Shown: positions 17,616 through 26,498, counted from the first letter of the stretch. The stretch is DNA of 36,735 nucleotides from an uncultured Dehalococcoidales bacterium (GCA_964471055.1 CAYYFS010000002.1:2233-38967), one strand, 5' to 3'. A program made the numbers and translations. Notes: a model not told the origin generated them from the sequence alone.

Positions 17616-19019
17616 ATGCCCCTCTCTAGCTACAGCGCCGCCGCCGACCGCCTGCTGAGCCTCGCCGACTTCGAGCGAAAATCGCGGGCGGGCGAGCCTC
17701 CCGACTTCCACCTGCGCCGCATGGGAATACTCCTGTCGCGCATCGGAAACCCGCACCTGGCAACTCCCACGGTCCACGTGGCAGGGTCCAAAGGGAAGGG
17801 CAGCACGGCCACGCTTGTCGCATCCGTTCTCGTCGCCCATGGCGCAAAGGTTGGCCTGTACACGTCTCCGCACCTCCACACCCTGTGCGAGCGTATTCGC
17901 GTCGACATGGAGCCGATCGCACCCGCCGATTTTGCCGGCCTGGTCGACGAGTTGTGGCCGCATGTCGAAGCGGTGGCTGCGCGGGGCGACTGCCGCACCG
18001 TGAGCGTCTTCGAGATGCTCACCACCATGGCGTTCGTTCACTTCCAGCGCGCAGGTGCAAACTTCCAGGTGATCGAAGTTGGCCTCGGCGGGCGGCTCGA
18101 TGCTACGAACCTGGTTCGTCCCGAGGTCACAGCCGTTACGCCCGTGAGCCTCGATCACGTCAGGATCCTCGGCGACACCATCCCGAAGATAGCCGCCGAG
18201 AAGGCCGGCATATTCAAGCGGGGAGCCGCAGCGATCTCGGGCCGTCAGACGGCAGCGGCACTCGAAGTCCTGCACCGAACCGCCGCAGAAACAGGTGCGC
18301 CTTTCACGAACGCGATGGACGCGGTCAGCGTCGAGCGCGAGGAGCCCTGCGGTGCTGGGCCACAGCGCCTGACGCTCGTCGGTCGGCACGGCCGGTACGA
18401 CCTGGCCTTGCCGCTTCTGGGTGCCCACCAGGTAGACAACGCTCGAACCGCCGTCGCAGTACTGGAAGAACTGGCTGATCGGGGGTTCCCGCTCCGCGCC
18501 GAAGCAGTAGCACGAGGCGTCGCCGGCACCGAATGGCCGGCACGCGCCCAGCTCCTTCCGGGCTGCGTGCCGCCGCTCCTGGTTGATGGCGCACACAACG
18601 ATGCCTCTGCGGGAGCTCTCCTGGACACTGTCCGGCGTCACTTCCCGGCCGTGACGCGAATCGTGCTGATCTTCGCGGGCTCCGGAGGCCACGACTTCGC
18701 TGCCGCGGCACAGGTCTTCTCTGGCTTCTCTCCCCGGATCGTGGTCACCCAAACGCGTCACCCGAAGGCTGTACCCGCGGACCGGGTCGCAGACGCGTTG
18801 CTGGCGGCCGGCATCGCGATCGACGCGGTAGCGCCCGATGCTCAGGGAGCGCTCAAAGCAGCGAGGCGTCTGGCGGATGATGACGACCTCATCATCGCGG
18901 CCGGTTCCCTTTTCCTGGCCGCAGAGATCGTTGAGGATATCCTTGGCGTAGAGCCCGAACTCTACCCGGACCTGAGGGGCTCTTCGAGGAGGACGCGTGG
19001 CCCTCGCGTGTACGGGTAG
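17616..19019 (+). CDS. folC: Folylpolyglutamate synthase / dihydrofolate synthase (Mur-ligase family)
   Basis: VHVAGSKGKGST P-loop, GLYTSPHL, EVGLGGRLDATN and DGAHN motifs. The ATG at 17616 is preferred over the TTG at 17364 in the ORF track, because the upstream 84 codons are low-complexity and overlap the hairpin. Confidence 0.85.
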   Translation: MPLSSYSAAADRLLSLADFERKSRAGEPPDFHLRRMGILLSRIGNPHLATPTVHVAGSKGKGSTATLVASVLVAHGAKVGLYTSPHLHTLCERIRVDMEPIAPADFAGLVDELWPHVEAVAARGDCRTVSVFEMLTTMAFVHFQRAGANFQVIEVGLGGRLDATNLVRPEVTAVTPVSLDHVRILGDTIPKIAAEKAGIFKRGAAAISGRQTAAALEVLHRTAAETGAPFTNAMDAVSVEREEPCGAGPQRLTLVGRHGRYDLALPLLGAHQVDNARTAVAVLEELADRGFPLRAEAVARGVAGTEWPARAQLLPGCVPPLLVDGAHNDASAGALLDTVRRHFPAVTRIVLIFAGSGGHDFAAAAQVFSGFSPRIVVTQTRHPKAVPADRVADALLAAGIAIDAVAPDAQGALKAARRLADDDDLIIAAGSLFLAAEIVEDILGVEPELYPDLRGSSRRTRGPRVYG

Positions 19020-19072
19020 AATGCTTCTCGCAGGTCCAGGTAGATCAACAGGGAGCGAAAGACACTTCAACC

Positions 19073-20332
19073 ATGACCAATAGCAGCAACGGGCGCACCA
19101 GGGTAGTCGTCACCGGCATCGGCGCACTCAGCGCGCTCGGCAATTCCGTCGCCGAACTGTGGTCGGGCCTCAAGGCCGGTCGATCTGGCATCGCGCCGCT
19201 GACGGCCTTCGATGCGGAGCCATACCCCTGCAAGATCGGCGGGGAGGTGCGCGGCTACGATCCCACCGCGATCATGGACCGCAAAGAAACGCGCCGGATG
19301 GCCCGTTTCTCCTTGCTGGCAGTCGGCGCCGCAACGGAGGCAATCCAAGATTCCGACCTCAAACCGGAAGATGAGAAAGCGGAGCGGGTAGGCGTGCTGC
19401 TTGGATGCGGTGCCGGCGGGCTGGTTGAAACCGATCAGCAGGCACGCGTGATGCTCAACAGGGGCGGCATGAAGATAAGCCCGTTCTACCTGCCCATGAT
19501 GCTCCCGAACATGGCGACCGCGAATCTGGGCCGCCTGTTCGGCTTCACCGGATACAACAACACGTGCATCACCGCCTGCGCCGCGGGCACCCACGCGATT
19601 GGCGAAGCCGCTCACGTGATCCGACGCGGCGACGCCGACGTGATGATCACAGGTGGTACCGAGGCGGGCATCTGCGAGCTGGGCCTGGGCGCGTTTTGCA
19701 GTATCCACGCGCTCACCACCAGAAACGACGAGCCGGAAAAGGCAAGTCGGCCGTTCGACGCAAACCGCGATGGATTCGCCCCCGGGGAAGGCGCCGCCAT
19801 CCTCATCATAGAGAGCCTCGAACACGCGCTGAAGCGCGGCGCGCGAATCCTGGCCGAAGTACTCGGAGCCGGCGTGACAGCAGACGCCCATCACCTTGTT
19901 CAGCCGCACGCAGAAGGACTGGGCGCGGCCAACGCGATCCTTCTGGCACTCGCCGACGCTGGGCTAGCGACCAACGATATCGACTACATCAACGCCCATG
20001 GCACCTCGACACCCCTGAACGATGCCTCTGAGACAAAGGCGATCAAGCGAGCCCTGGGAGACCGCGCGTATCAGATCCCGATCAGCTCCACCAAATCCAT
20101 GATCGGCCACGGGCTCGGGGCCGCCGGCGCGCTGGAGGCGATAGCCTGCATCAAGACGATTGTCGAGGGCGTAATCCACCCGACGATCAACTACGAGACA
20201 CCGGACCCGGCATGCGACCTGGACTACGTGCCGAACGTCGCGCGCGAGGCAGATGTGAAGACGGTCCTATCGAACAGCTTCGGGTTCGGAGGCCAGAACG
20301 GCTGCCTCGTCTTCGGCAAGTACGAGGCCTAG
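19073..20332 (+). CDS. fabF: 3-oxoacyl-ACP synthase II (KAS II)
   Basis: 419-aa ORF. RVVVTGIGALSALG, active-site ITACAAG (Cys), His contexts ADAHHLVQP and INAHGTSTP, C-terminal SNSFGFGGQN. Confidence 0.92.
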   Translation: MTNSSNGRTRVVVTGIGALSALGNSVAELWSGLKAGRSGIAPLTAFDAEPYPCKIGGEVRGYDPTAIMDRKETRRMARFSLLAVGAATEAIQDSDLKPEDEKAERVGVLLGCGAGGLVETDQQARVMLNRGGMKISPFYLPMMLPNMATANLGRLFGFTGYNNTCITACAAGTHAIGEAAHVIRRGDADVMITGGTEAGICELGLGAFCSIHALTTRNDEPEKASRPFDANRDGFAPGEGAAILIIESLEHALKRGARILAEVLGAGVTADAHHLVQPHAEGLGAANAILLALADAGLATNDIDYINAHGTSTPLNDASETKAIKRALGDRAYQIPISSTKSMIGHGLGAAGALEAIACIKTIVEGVIHPTINYETPDPACDLDYVPNVAREADVKTVLSNSFGFGGQNGCLVFGKYEA

Positions 20333-20420
20333 TTACCGGACGGCGGGGACGCCTGCGGGGCATTTCCGGCGCAAGAAACGCTCAGGAGGAGCGGGGGATC
20401 CGAGCCTACGGCCGGGGGAC

Positions 20421-23375
20421 CTAGCGCCGCGTCGCGGCCGCCTCACTCACCGCACCCAGCACGACCTCCACGGCTACGGACGTCCCGTCGGCCTCTCGCC
20501 TGACACTCACGCGCGCCTCGCGCCCCACCTCCGGCGCTCCCACGATTCGGGTGCCGTCGGTCACGACGAATGCGACGCCCTCTATCGTCCAGACGTTTCC
20601 TGCAATGGAGCGGACAACGCCGGACACCAGAACCGTTCCGTCCGCGGCATCGCTCGATCCCGGCTTGACGTTGATCGGTCTGCGCTCGGGATTCTCGCTT
20701 GGCTTGCCGGCGACACTCACCGCCAGGGCTGTGAACGCGCCGTCTTCGCCGGCCCGCAGTGCAGCCTTCGCCACCAGGCCGGGTTCCGGTTCCTCTCCGA
20801 AGAACTGTGTGGCCTTCGTGACGACGAATTCTCTGCCGCCGATGACCCACCTGTCGCCGTCGATCAGTTCAATCACCCCGGATATCGTCGTCTCAACCGG
20901 GCCCGGCATTGCGACAGGCGTGCGCCCGGACGTGTACGGCTCCTGGCTGTTCGTGACGGCCTCCACCACCCGGCGTCCGGACAGCACATGTAATCCCAGT
21001 GCACTGATTTGACCAGGCTCTTCCTCCGCATACAGCGCCGCAGCCACCGTATCCCCAGCCTCGATTCCCGCCAGAGATCCCACCAACCTGCCGTTCAGAC
21101 GGATTTCGGCGTCCCCGGCTGTCACCATCCGCACGGTGTCGCCATCGGAACTCACCACTGCCAGCGCGCCGGCCACGGGATCGACGCTGCTCACGACGCC
21201 GCGTATGCGTTCCGCGCCGGGTGTCACAACTGTCAGTCGTGCGAGCGCGCCCGTGCCCGGCTCGTAGGCCGCCGATTCCACTATGTCGCCGATCTCGATG
21301 CTCTCAAGTCCGTTCGTCTGCCGGCCGTCTTTGAACACCGCCACGCGGGAGGCGGGGTCGGACACGAACAGCTTGACGGGCTGTTCCCGGTCTGGATCGT
21401 CAACCATGATCCGACCCGCCCCGTTGTGTACCTCGTCCAGCAGAACGACGACACCGCGGAGGCCATCGATCTCCGGCGGTGCGACGGCCAACTCTGTCGC
21501 CACGTTGAAGGCCAGCCCGTCCGTGTCGACCGGCCGATACTGTCCCGCCACGACCCGATCACCCACCTGGAGGTCGCTGAGCAGCACGGCGCGGTCTTCT
21601 GGGCCATCCAGCTCAGTGTCTTCTGTCACCCGCACCGTGGTCGTTCCGCCATTGTCCAGGCGCACTGTCACCCGGCCGGCGGCCTCGTTCACACCGGCGA
21701 CCGTGCCGGCCAGGTTCACGCTTTCGAGCGAACTAACCACCAGCCTGTTCACGACTCGCGTCTCAGGATCGAAGCTGGAAGCGCCCAGCACCAGGTCGTC
21801 CGAGCCCACTTCTGACAGGCCGACGTCTTGCCCGTTTCGTGTAATCCCTGCATCCGGTGCGATTCGCAGCTCCACGGGTTCGCCACTCACCGGAGCGACC
21901 AGGATGCTCCTCCCTTCCGTGTCCAGGCGCCTCACGACGCCGGACAGGTGTGCCTCCGGCCGTTCCTCCAAGCTGACGCGGAGTTGCGTCGCGGTCACAC
22001 CGTCTCCGGTGAGCCACACCTCCGCGCGCTGCCCGGCGGCCAGCTTGCCGACATCCGCAGGCTCACCGTCAAGGCTGATCTTCGTGCCGGGCCTCACATT
22101 GGCGGCGACTTTCGTTCCTTCGGCCACGTCTGCCACGATCACGACCCCGTCCACGCCGGCCAACCCAGACCCCACGTCGACAAGCGTGATCGATCCGTAG
22201 AACACCTGCGGACTCTCCGCCGCCACTGCGGCGGCGACCGCTCCGGGAAGTTGCGGTGGCCGGATGCTGACGCGAACAGCTCTCGGTGGCCCGTCTACCG
22301 GCGGCTCCGCGACATCCGCTGCCGTGGTCAGCACGCTCACCCGGCGACCCTCGCTCAGCAAATCGAAAGGAGTGGCGGCGGACGAAAGCGCCGTCTCGAT
22401 CTCCGTGGCCGCGGTCAAGAGGAATTGTCGCTCCACTCCCGAGTGGCTCAGTCTCACCGACAGCACATCCCCGGACAGGCCCGTGACGACTCCACCGTCC
22501 TCAATGCCCGGCGTTTCGGTGCCGGCGTTCAGGGCGGTCCTCGCGTATTCCTGCCCGAAGCGAGCGACAGCGGCCACCACCTGCGCTCCCGTCTCGGCGC
22601 TCACGTTCGCCAGAGCCTCGTTCAGCGCTGTCAGATGCCGCGTGCCGTTTCTCTCGATCAGCGTCTGGATCTCGCGCTTCTTTGCCGGATCCTCCACTCG
22701 TTCGAGCGCGGACTCCAGCCGTTTCACCGTTCTTTCGGCCCGTTCGAGGGCCTTCACCATCAGGCTGTTCGTGCGCTCATCTCGTCGCGCCACCGCGGTG
22801 ATCATTTCGCCGACGGCGGGCTCTTCAAGCGCCACCGGCCATTCGAGCGTCACCGTGTTGCCATTGCGGTCCGTGACCTCGATCCGGGCGTCTCCGACCC
22901 CGGTCACAACACCCACGACGTGAAGGTACGACGCCCCTCCCTCCTTCGGGCGCACAATCACGCTCTGGCCGATCAGCGTGCCCTCAGCCCCGCGCTCGGC
23001 TGTCGCTACGATGCGGTCTGCTTCCGCAACCCCGTCCAGCGTCGTTTCGGCGTCTCCTGCCTTCAGGGTCGTGCCGGCCTGGATTTCCAGCGCCACGACT
23101 CCGTCGTCAGTGGCAAGCCAGATGACCCCTCCAGCTTCGCCCGCGGAGACCCTGAGCACCGTACCGAACACGGCCTCAAGCGTGGCGAGCCCATCCGCCC
23201 GCACCGCGGCCGACGTGGGCAGCATCAGAACGCCCAGAAGCAAGAGGACACCGGCTGCCAGCGCCGCTCTCACACAGATCTTGTGCATGGCCATCTTGCG
23301 CGTCATCAGTACCTGTCGCAGCCCCGATATGCGACTACGGGACCGCACATACTCATCCATCTTCAACCTAGCCAT
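20421..23375 (-). CDS. Large exported repeat protein: signal peptide or anchor plus about 10 DUF5666-like beta modules and one helical insert. Function unknown.
   Basis: 984-aa ORF. Hydrophobic segment RAALAAGVLLLLGVLMLPTSAAVRA/DG. Recurring roughly 70-90-aa units begin G[VT]V..[VLI] (GVVTGVGDARIEVTD, GVVTGLSGDVLSV, SGVVRRLDTEGRS, AGTVAGVNEAAGRVTV, RGVVVLLDEV, RGVVSSVDPVAG, SGVIELIDGDRWVIGG, SGVVRSIAGNVWTIEG). The true start may be an internal ATG at 23306, 23294 or 23288. Confidence 0.8.
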   Translation of the reverse strand: MARLKMDEYVRSRSRISGLRQVLMTRKMAMHKICVRAALAAGVLLLLGVLMLPTSAAVRADGLATLEAVFGTVLRVSAGEAGGVIWLATDDGVVALEIQAGTTLKAGDAETTLDGVAEADRIVATAERGAEGTLIGQSVIVRPKEGGASYLHVVGVVTGVGDARIEVTDRNGNTVTLEWPVALEEPAVGEMITAVARRDERTNSLMVKALERAERTVKRLESALERVEDPAKKREIQTLIERNGTRHLTALNEALANVSAETGAQVVAAVARFGQEYARTALNAGTETPGIEDGGVVTGLSGDVLSVRLSHSGVERQFLLTAATEIETALSSAATPFDLLSEGRRVSVLTTAADVAEPPVDGPPRAVRVSIRPPQLPGAVAAAVAAESPQVFYGSITLVDVGSGLAGVDGVVIVADVAEGTKVAANVRPGTKISLDGEPADVGKLAAGQRAEVWLTGDGVTATQLRVSLEERPEAHLSGVVRRLDTEGRSILVAPVSGEPVELRIAPDAGITRNGQDVGLSEVGSDDLVLGASSFDPETRVVNRLVVSSLESVNLAGTVAGVNEAAGRVTVRLDNGGTTTVRVTEDTELDGPEDRAVLLSDLQVGDRVVAGQYRPVDTDGLAFNVATELAVAPPEIDGLRGVVVLLDEVHNGAGRIMVDDPDREQPVKLFVSDPASRVAVFKDGRQTNGLESIEIGDIVESAAYEPGTGALARLTVVTPGAERIRGVVSSVDPVAGALAVVSSDGDTVRMVTAGDAEIRLNGRLVGSLAGIEAGDTVAAALYAEEEPGQISALGLHVLSGRRVVEAVTNSQEPYTSGRTPVAMPGPVETTISGVIELIDGDRWVIGGREFVVTKATQFFGEEPEPGLVAKAALRAGEDGAFTALAVSVAGKPSENPERRPINVKPGSSDAADGTVLVSGVVRSIAGNVWTIEGVAFVVTDGTRIVGAPEVGREARVSVRREADGTSVAVEVVLGAVSEAAATRR

Positions 23376-23413
23376 ACCGTCATTACCGTTGTGTTACTGC
23401 ACCAGTTCCACGC

Positions 23414-24001
23414 TCAGGGTGACGATTCCGGCAGTGACACGACGGCGAGAGTCTTTCTCTCCTCGTTTCCTTCGAGATCGCTCGCGACAACCTCAATCAG
23501 GTTCGGTCCCGGATCGAGCGTGAGCAGGACCTCGAAGCTCCCACTTTCGTCGATCGGGATGACGACACCGTTGATGCTCAGGAGGGCATCGGGAGTGGTG
23601 CGCCCCCGGGCCACAACTGTGTCGCCGCGCACCACGCTCTCCTCGGTCAGACCCTCTATTTCCAGATACAGGCCGTACTGCTGCACCGGCGGATCAGCGG
23701 GGGTGATCACCGGCCAGGGAGCTGAAGTGGCTGTCGGCGCTGGGGTCAACGTGCCTGAAGGCGCTATCGTCGAGGTCGGCGCTTCCGTGGGCCCGGGTGT
23801 GACACTAGCCGAAGTCACCGTAGCGGCCGCGGTCGCCGTCGGGACCTGTGTCGTCGGCCGGGGTGTGGCCTCTGGCTGCTGACTGGAGGCGACGCTCGGC
23901 GTCGGCGATTCGGCGACTCGTTCGACGGTACGGAAGCACCCGACCGCGAACGCACCTGCCACCAGTACTAGTACCAGTCCGAGCACTCTCCGCCGGGTCA
24001 T
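23414..24001 (-). CDS. Putative lipoprotein with Pro/Thr-rich linker and C-terminal Ig-like beta-sandwich domain
   Basis: 195-aa ORF. MTRRRVLGLVLVLVAGAFAVGC has a positive n-region and lipobox A-V-G-C. An approximately 90-aa P/T/A/S-rich linker follows. C-terminus: VVRGDTVVARGRTTPDALLSINGVVIPIDESGSFEVLLTLDPGPNLIEVVASDLEGNE. GAGG about 9 nt before the ATG. Confidence 0.75.
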   Translation of the reverse strand: MTRRRVLGLVLVLVAGAFAVGCFRTVERVAESPTPSVASSQQPEATPRPTTQVPTATAAATVTSASVTPGPTEAPTSTIAPSGTLTPAPTATSAPWPVITPADPPVQQYGLYLEIEGLTEESVVRGDTVVARGRTTPDALLSINGVVIPIDESGSFEVLLTLDPGPNLIEVVASDLEGNEERKTLAVVSLPESSP

Positions 24002-24094
24002 GCTGGGAACCTCGCGTGCCGGACCGCGGGCGTGGACCGGCAGTGACAGGGCTCAAGCACCGGGGCTGCGTCTCCATCTATCCGTTCCACGGGG

Positions 24095-25075
24095 CTACTG
24101 TGGCCCGCCGACCGGATCACTTCTCATCGGGACCACGAGGGTGAATGCCGTGTGCTTTCCCGCTTCCGGCGACGCGGCACCGTCCACGGTCAATTCCCCC
24201 CCGCACCGCCTGGCGAGCATTTGCGCGATGAAGAGGCCGAGCCCCGAAGAGGCCCGTTCAGTTCGGCCGGCTACCTCCGGCGTCCAACCCCGATCGAAGA
24301 CGTGGGGCACGTACCCCTGCGGGATGCCGGGGCCGTCATCCCAGACCCGCACCGAGAAGCTCTCCGGGTCGCGGGTCAGCCTTACCGCCACCTCCGTCTC
24401 CGCGAACCGGACCGCGTTGTCAACCAGGTTCGTGACGATGTGGTCGATCGCCCCTGCGTCCGAATAGACGACGCCGAATTCCGCCGGTTCAGACCACCAG
24501 GAAAGCTCCGTCCCCCGCTCCGCGGCCACGCCACGGTAGCGGTCGGCCACGTTCCGCACCACCTGTGCCGGATCCACCGGATCGCGTCGTGGGGTCTGCT
24601 CCGCCTCCTCCAGCTCCACCAGCACCTGGACATTGGACACCATCAACCTGAAGCTGGGCGCCTGTCGCTCGATTTCATCAAGCAGATCAGCCACCGCCGG
24701 CTCGACATCCCGCCCCGACTCGTCCAGTCGGGCCCGCACTTCGCGCTCCTTGCCCAGAATCCGACGGAAGGGCCGACCCAGGTCGTGCCCGAACATCTCA
24801 AAGTACTCCTGGGTGACCCGGCTCCACTTCCGCATCGTCTCGCCCGCGACCCGCTCGCCGGCGCCTCTCATCTCCAGTGCAAAGGCCGTCAGCCCGACCG
24901 CGAGTCCGGCAACCACCGCAACCACGCCCAGGTACGCCAGCGGCTCAACCTGCCACTTGAACGACGGGAACAGGGTCTCTCCTATGAAGGGCGCGAGGAC
25001 GATCGCCACCACCCCGAGTGTGGCGGCCGCGATCCCCGCGTACCTGGCCACCCTGAGCCAGTCGCCAACTCTCAC
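24095..25075 (-). CDS. Sensor histidine kinase, minimal intramembrane type (2 TM helices, about 13-aa outer loop, no HAMP or PAS)
   Basis: 326-aa ORF. TM1 about aa 12-31, TM2 about aa 45-67. H-box FGHDLGRPF (His97), N-box NLVDNAVRFA, G1 DDGPGIP, G2 GLGLFIAQ. GTG start with GGGGAG 6 nt upstream. Confidence 0.9.
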   Translation of the reverse strand: MRVGDWLRVARYAGIAAATLGVVAIVLAPFIGETLFPSFKWQVEPLAYLGVVAVVAGLAVGLTAFALEMRGAGERVAGETMRKWSRVTQEYFEMFGHDLGRPFRRILGKEREVRARLDESGRDVEPAVADLLDEIERQAPSFRLMVSNVQVLVELEEAEQTPRRDPVDPAQVVRNVADRYRGVAAERGTELSWWSEPAEFGVVYSDAGAIDHIVTNLVDNAVRFAETEVAVRLTRDPESFSVRVWDDGPGIPQGYVPHVFDRGWTPEVAGRTERASSGLGLFIAQMLARRCGGELTVDGAASPEAGKHTAFTLVVPMRSDPVGGPQ

Positions 25076-25224
25076 GCCTATCTCCCCGCTACCGGCTGTC
25101 CCGACCGCGTCGCGCGGCCCGAAGACCGGACCCTACCGTACCCGGTGCACCGTCTCATACGGCTTCACCCCCGACATCGCAAGGCCCGCGCCCAACTGTT
25201 CTCCCTGCCGGTCCAAAGTCGACG

Positions 25225-26016
25225 CTACACCGGATCACGCGGCGGGACCAGACGATAGCCGCTGCCGCGAACGTTGACTATCAGTTCATTCGCCCCGAAG
25301 CGCCTGCCGAGCGCCTCGCCCATGGCGTCCTTGATCTCACGGATGCGCACTCGAAGGGAAGCGCGAGAATCCTCTCCACCGGAGAACCGTTCAAGTCGTG
25401 AGAACGGCACCAGCTCACCTTCGCTTCGATACAGAGTGGCAGCCAATTCGTGGAGTATCTCGTACTTCATGCCCTGGATCTCCCGAACCGGTCGGTTTTC
25501 GCCACCCACCCTGGCGTAGAGCACGCGATTGTCCGCGTCCAGTGAGAAGTACGGCCCGATAGTCATCGCGGACGGCGATCTGCCGATGAGACGGCGCAGC
25601 CGCAGGACCACTTCATCCGGGCTCGCCAGCTTGTCGATGAAATCCACCGGAGCGTCCACGCTCAAGCTTCCAGTCACCGCCGTGTCCCGATACGGGCCTT
25701 CTGCATACTGCGTGAACACCAGCACCGGCAGTTTCGGGGCCTTCTGCACGATCCGTCGAAGGATGGACAGGCCCTTGAATCGATCATCCGGGTGGTCTCC
25801 GAAGCGGACGTCTAGCAGAACGGCCGCCGGCCTCTGCTCGTCGACCTGGTAGAGGGCTTCCGCTTCGAAATCATCGCCCGTCACGTGTGGGCCTTCTGGT
25901 TGCACCACATCCACGATGAACCCCTCCCGGCGTAGACGGCGAAGCACGGATCGCATCAGGTCAGAGCCCGCCTCGTCATCCACAACCAGGATTCTCTCCG
26001 GATACAGCTCGGTCAC
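25225..26016 (-). CDS. OmpR/PhoB-family response regulator (receiver plus winged-helix DNA-binding domain)
   Basis: Receiver residues ILVVDDE, VLLDVRF, VLVFTQ, DFIDKL. C-terminal wHTH ...RVRIREIKDAM...LIVNVRGSGYRLV. The GTG at 26016 (GAGGAA 9 nt upstream) is preferred. The ORF track extends to the ATG at 26103, adding a 29-aa Arg/Thr/Gly-rich tail. Confidence 0.88.
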   Translation of the reverse strand: MTELYPERILVVDDEAGSDLMRSVLRRLRREGFIVDVVQPEGPHVTGDDFEAEALYQVDEQRPAAVLLDVRFGDHPDDRFKGLSILRRIVQKAPKLPVLVFTQYAEGPYRDTAVTGSLSVDAPVDFIDKLASPDEVVLRLRRLIGRSPSAMTIGPYFSLDADNRVLYARVGGENRPVREIQGMKYEILHELAATLYRSEGELVPFSRLERFSGGEDSRASLRVRIREIKDAMGEALGRRFGANELIVNVRGSGYRLVPPRDPV

Positions 26017-26498
26017 GGCAGCATTCCTCGCGCGCCCTGTCTTCCGGGTTCCGCCCGTATCGGTGCGTCTGTCTCGCGTTCCCGGCTCGGTGCCGCGCCG
26101 CATGCCACCGCTGACTTCGGCTCTGCTCTCGCGCTCATCCCGACCATCCCTCCCCAGCCCGGCCTCACCACGTTCCCCACCTCCGGCGCGCTGTTCCCCG
26201 TGAATCAGGCAAGTTTAGCGTCCCTCCACGGCCGGAATGTGGCCGAGTCTGGTGCTGCCAATCGCACCGGCACGCGCCAGACCCCAATCCCTTGTGATTG
26301 ACTCACGCATAACCGCAACATCTCGTCTGGCAATCAACCCTGCAACGCCCTCGACGCGGTGCCCGCAGCCACGCTATAGTCCGGGACAGCCTTCTGTCGA
26401 CGGACCCCGCGTCCTGTCGGCCCCCAACCGAAGCAGACAGCCCCGGGCCATCCGCCGTTCGCGGGTTCCGGCGGACCGCCCGGCAGTCCATACACGCC

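Noticed and set aside
17586-19070. 494-aa minus-strand ORF antisense to folC. Similar long antisense ORFs lie at 284-1768 (+), 10200-11255 (-), 21828-23882 (+), 27108-28730 (-), 28803-29840 (-) and 35479-36339 (+).
   Set aside because: Each lies opposite a gene with strong family motifs. The translations are low-complexity and Arg/Pro/Gly-rich, and none has a plausible SD. They are treated as non-coding.
20333-20420. Bidirectional terminator between converging fabF and the repeat-protein gene
   Set aside because: Only a 5-bp CCGGA/TCCGG pairing with a 24-nt loop was found. There is no stable stem and no T/A tracts.
26017-26103. 29-aa Arg/Thr/Gly-rich N-terminal extension of the response regulator
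   Set aside because: It is low-complexity text with no SD. The GTG at 26016 has GAGGAA at proper spacing and gives a canonical receiver N-terminus. The longer form cannot be fully excluded.
26104-26498. LexA/SOS box or clear promoter upstream of dnaE (TCGACG-N18-TATAGT around 26349-26378; GTGTTCG near the start)
   Set aside because: The -35 match is poor, and no palindromic SOS-box partner half-site is present. Left uncalled.
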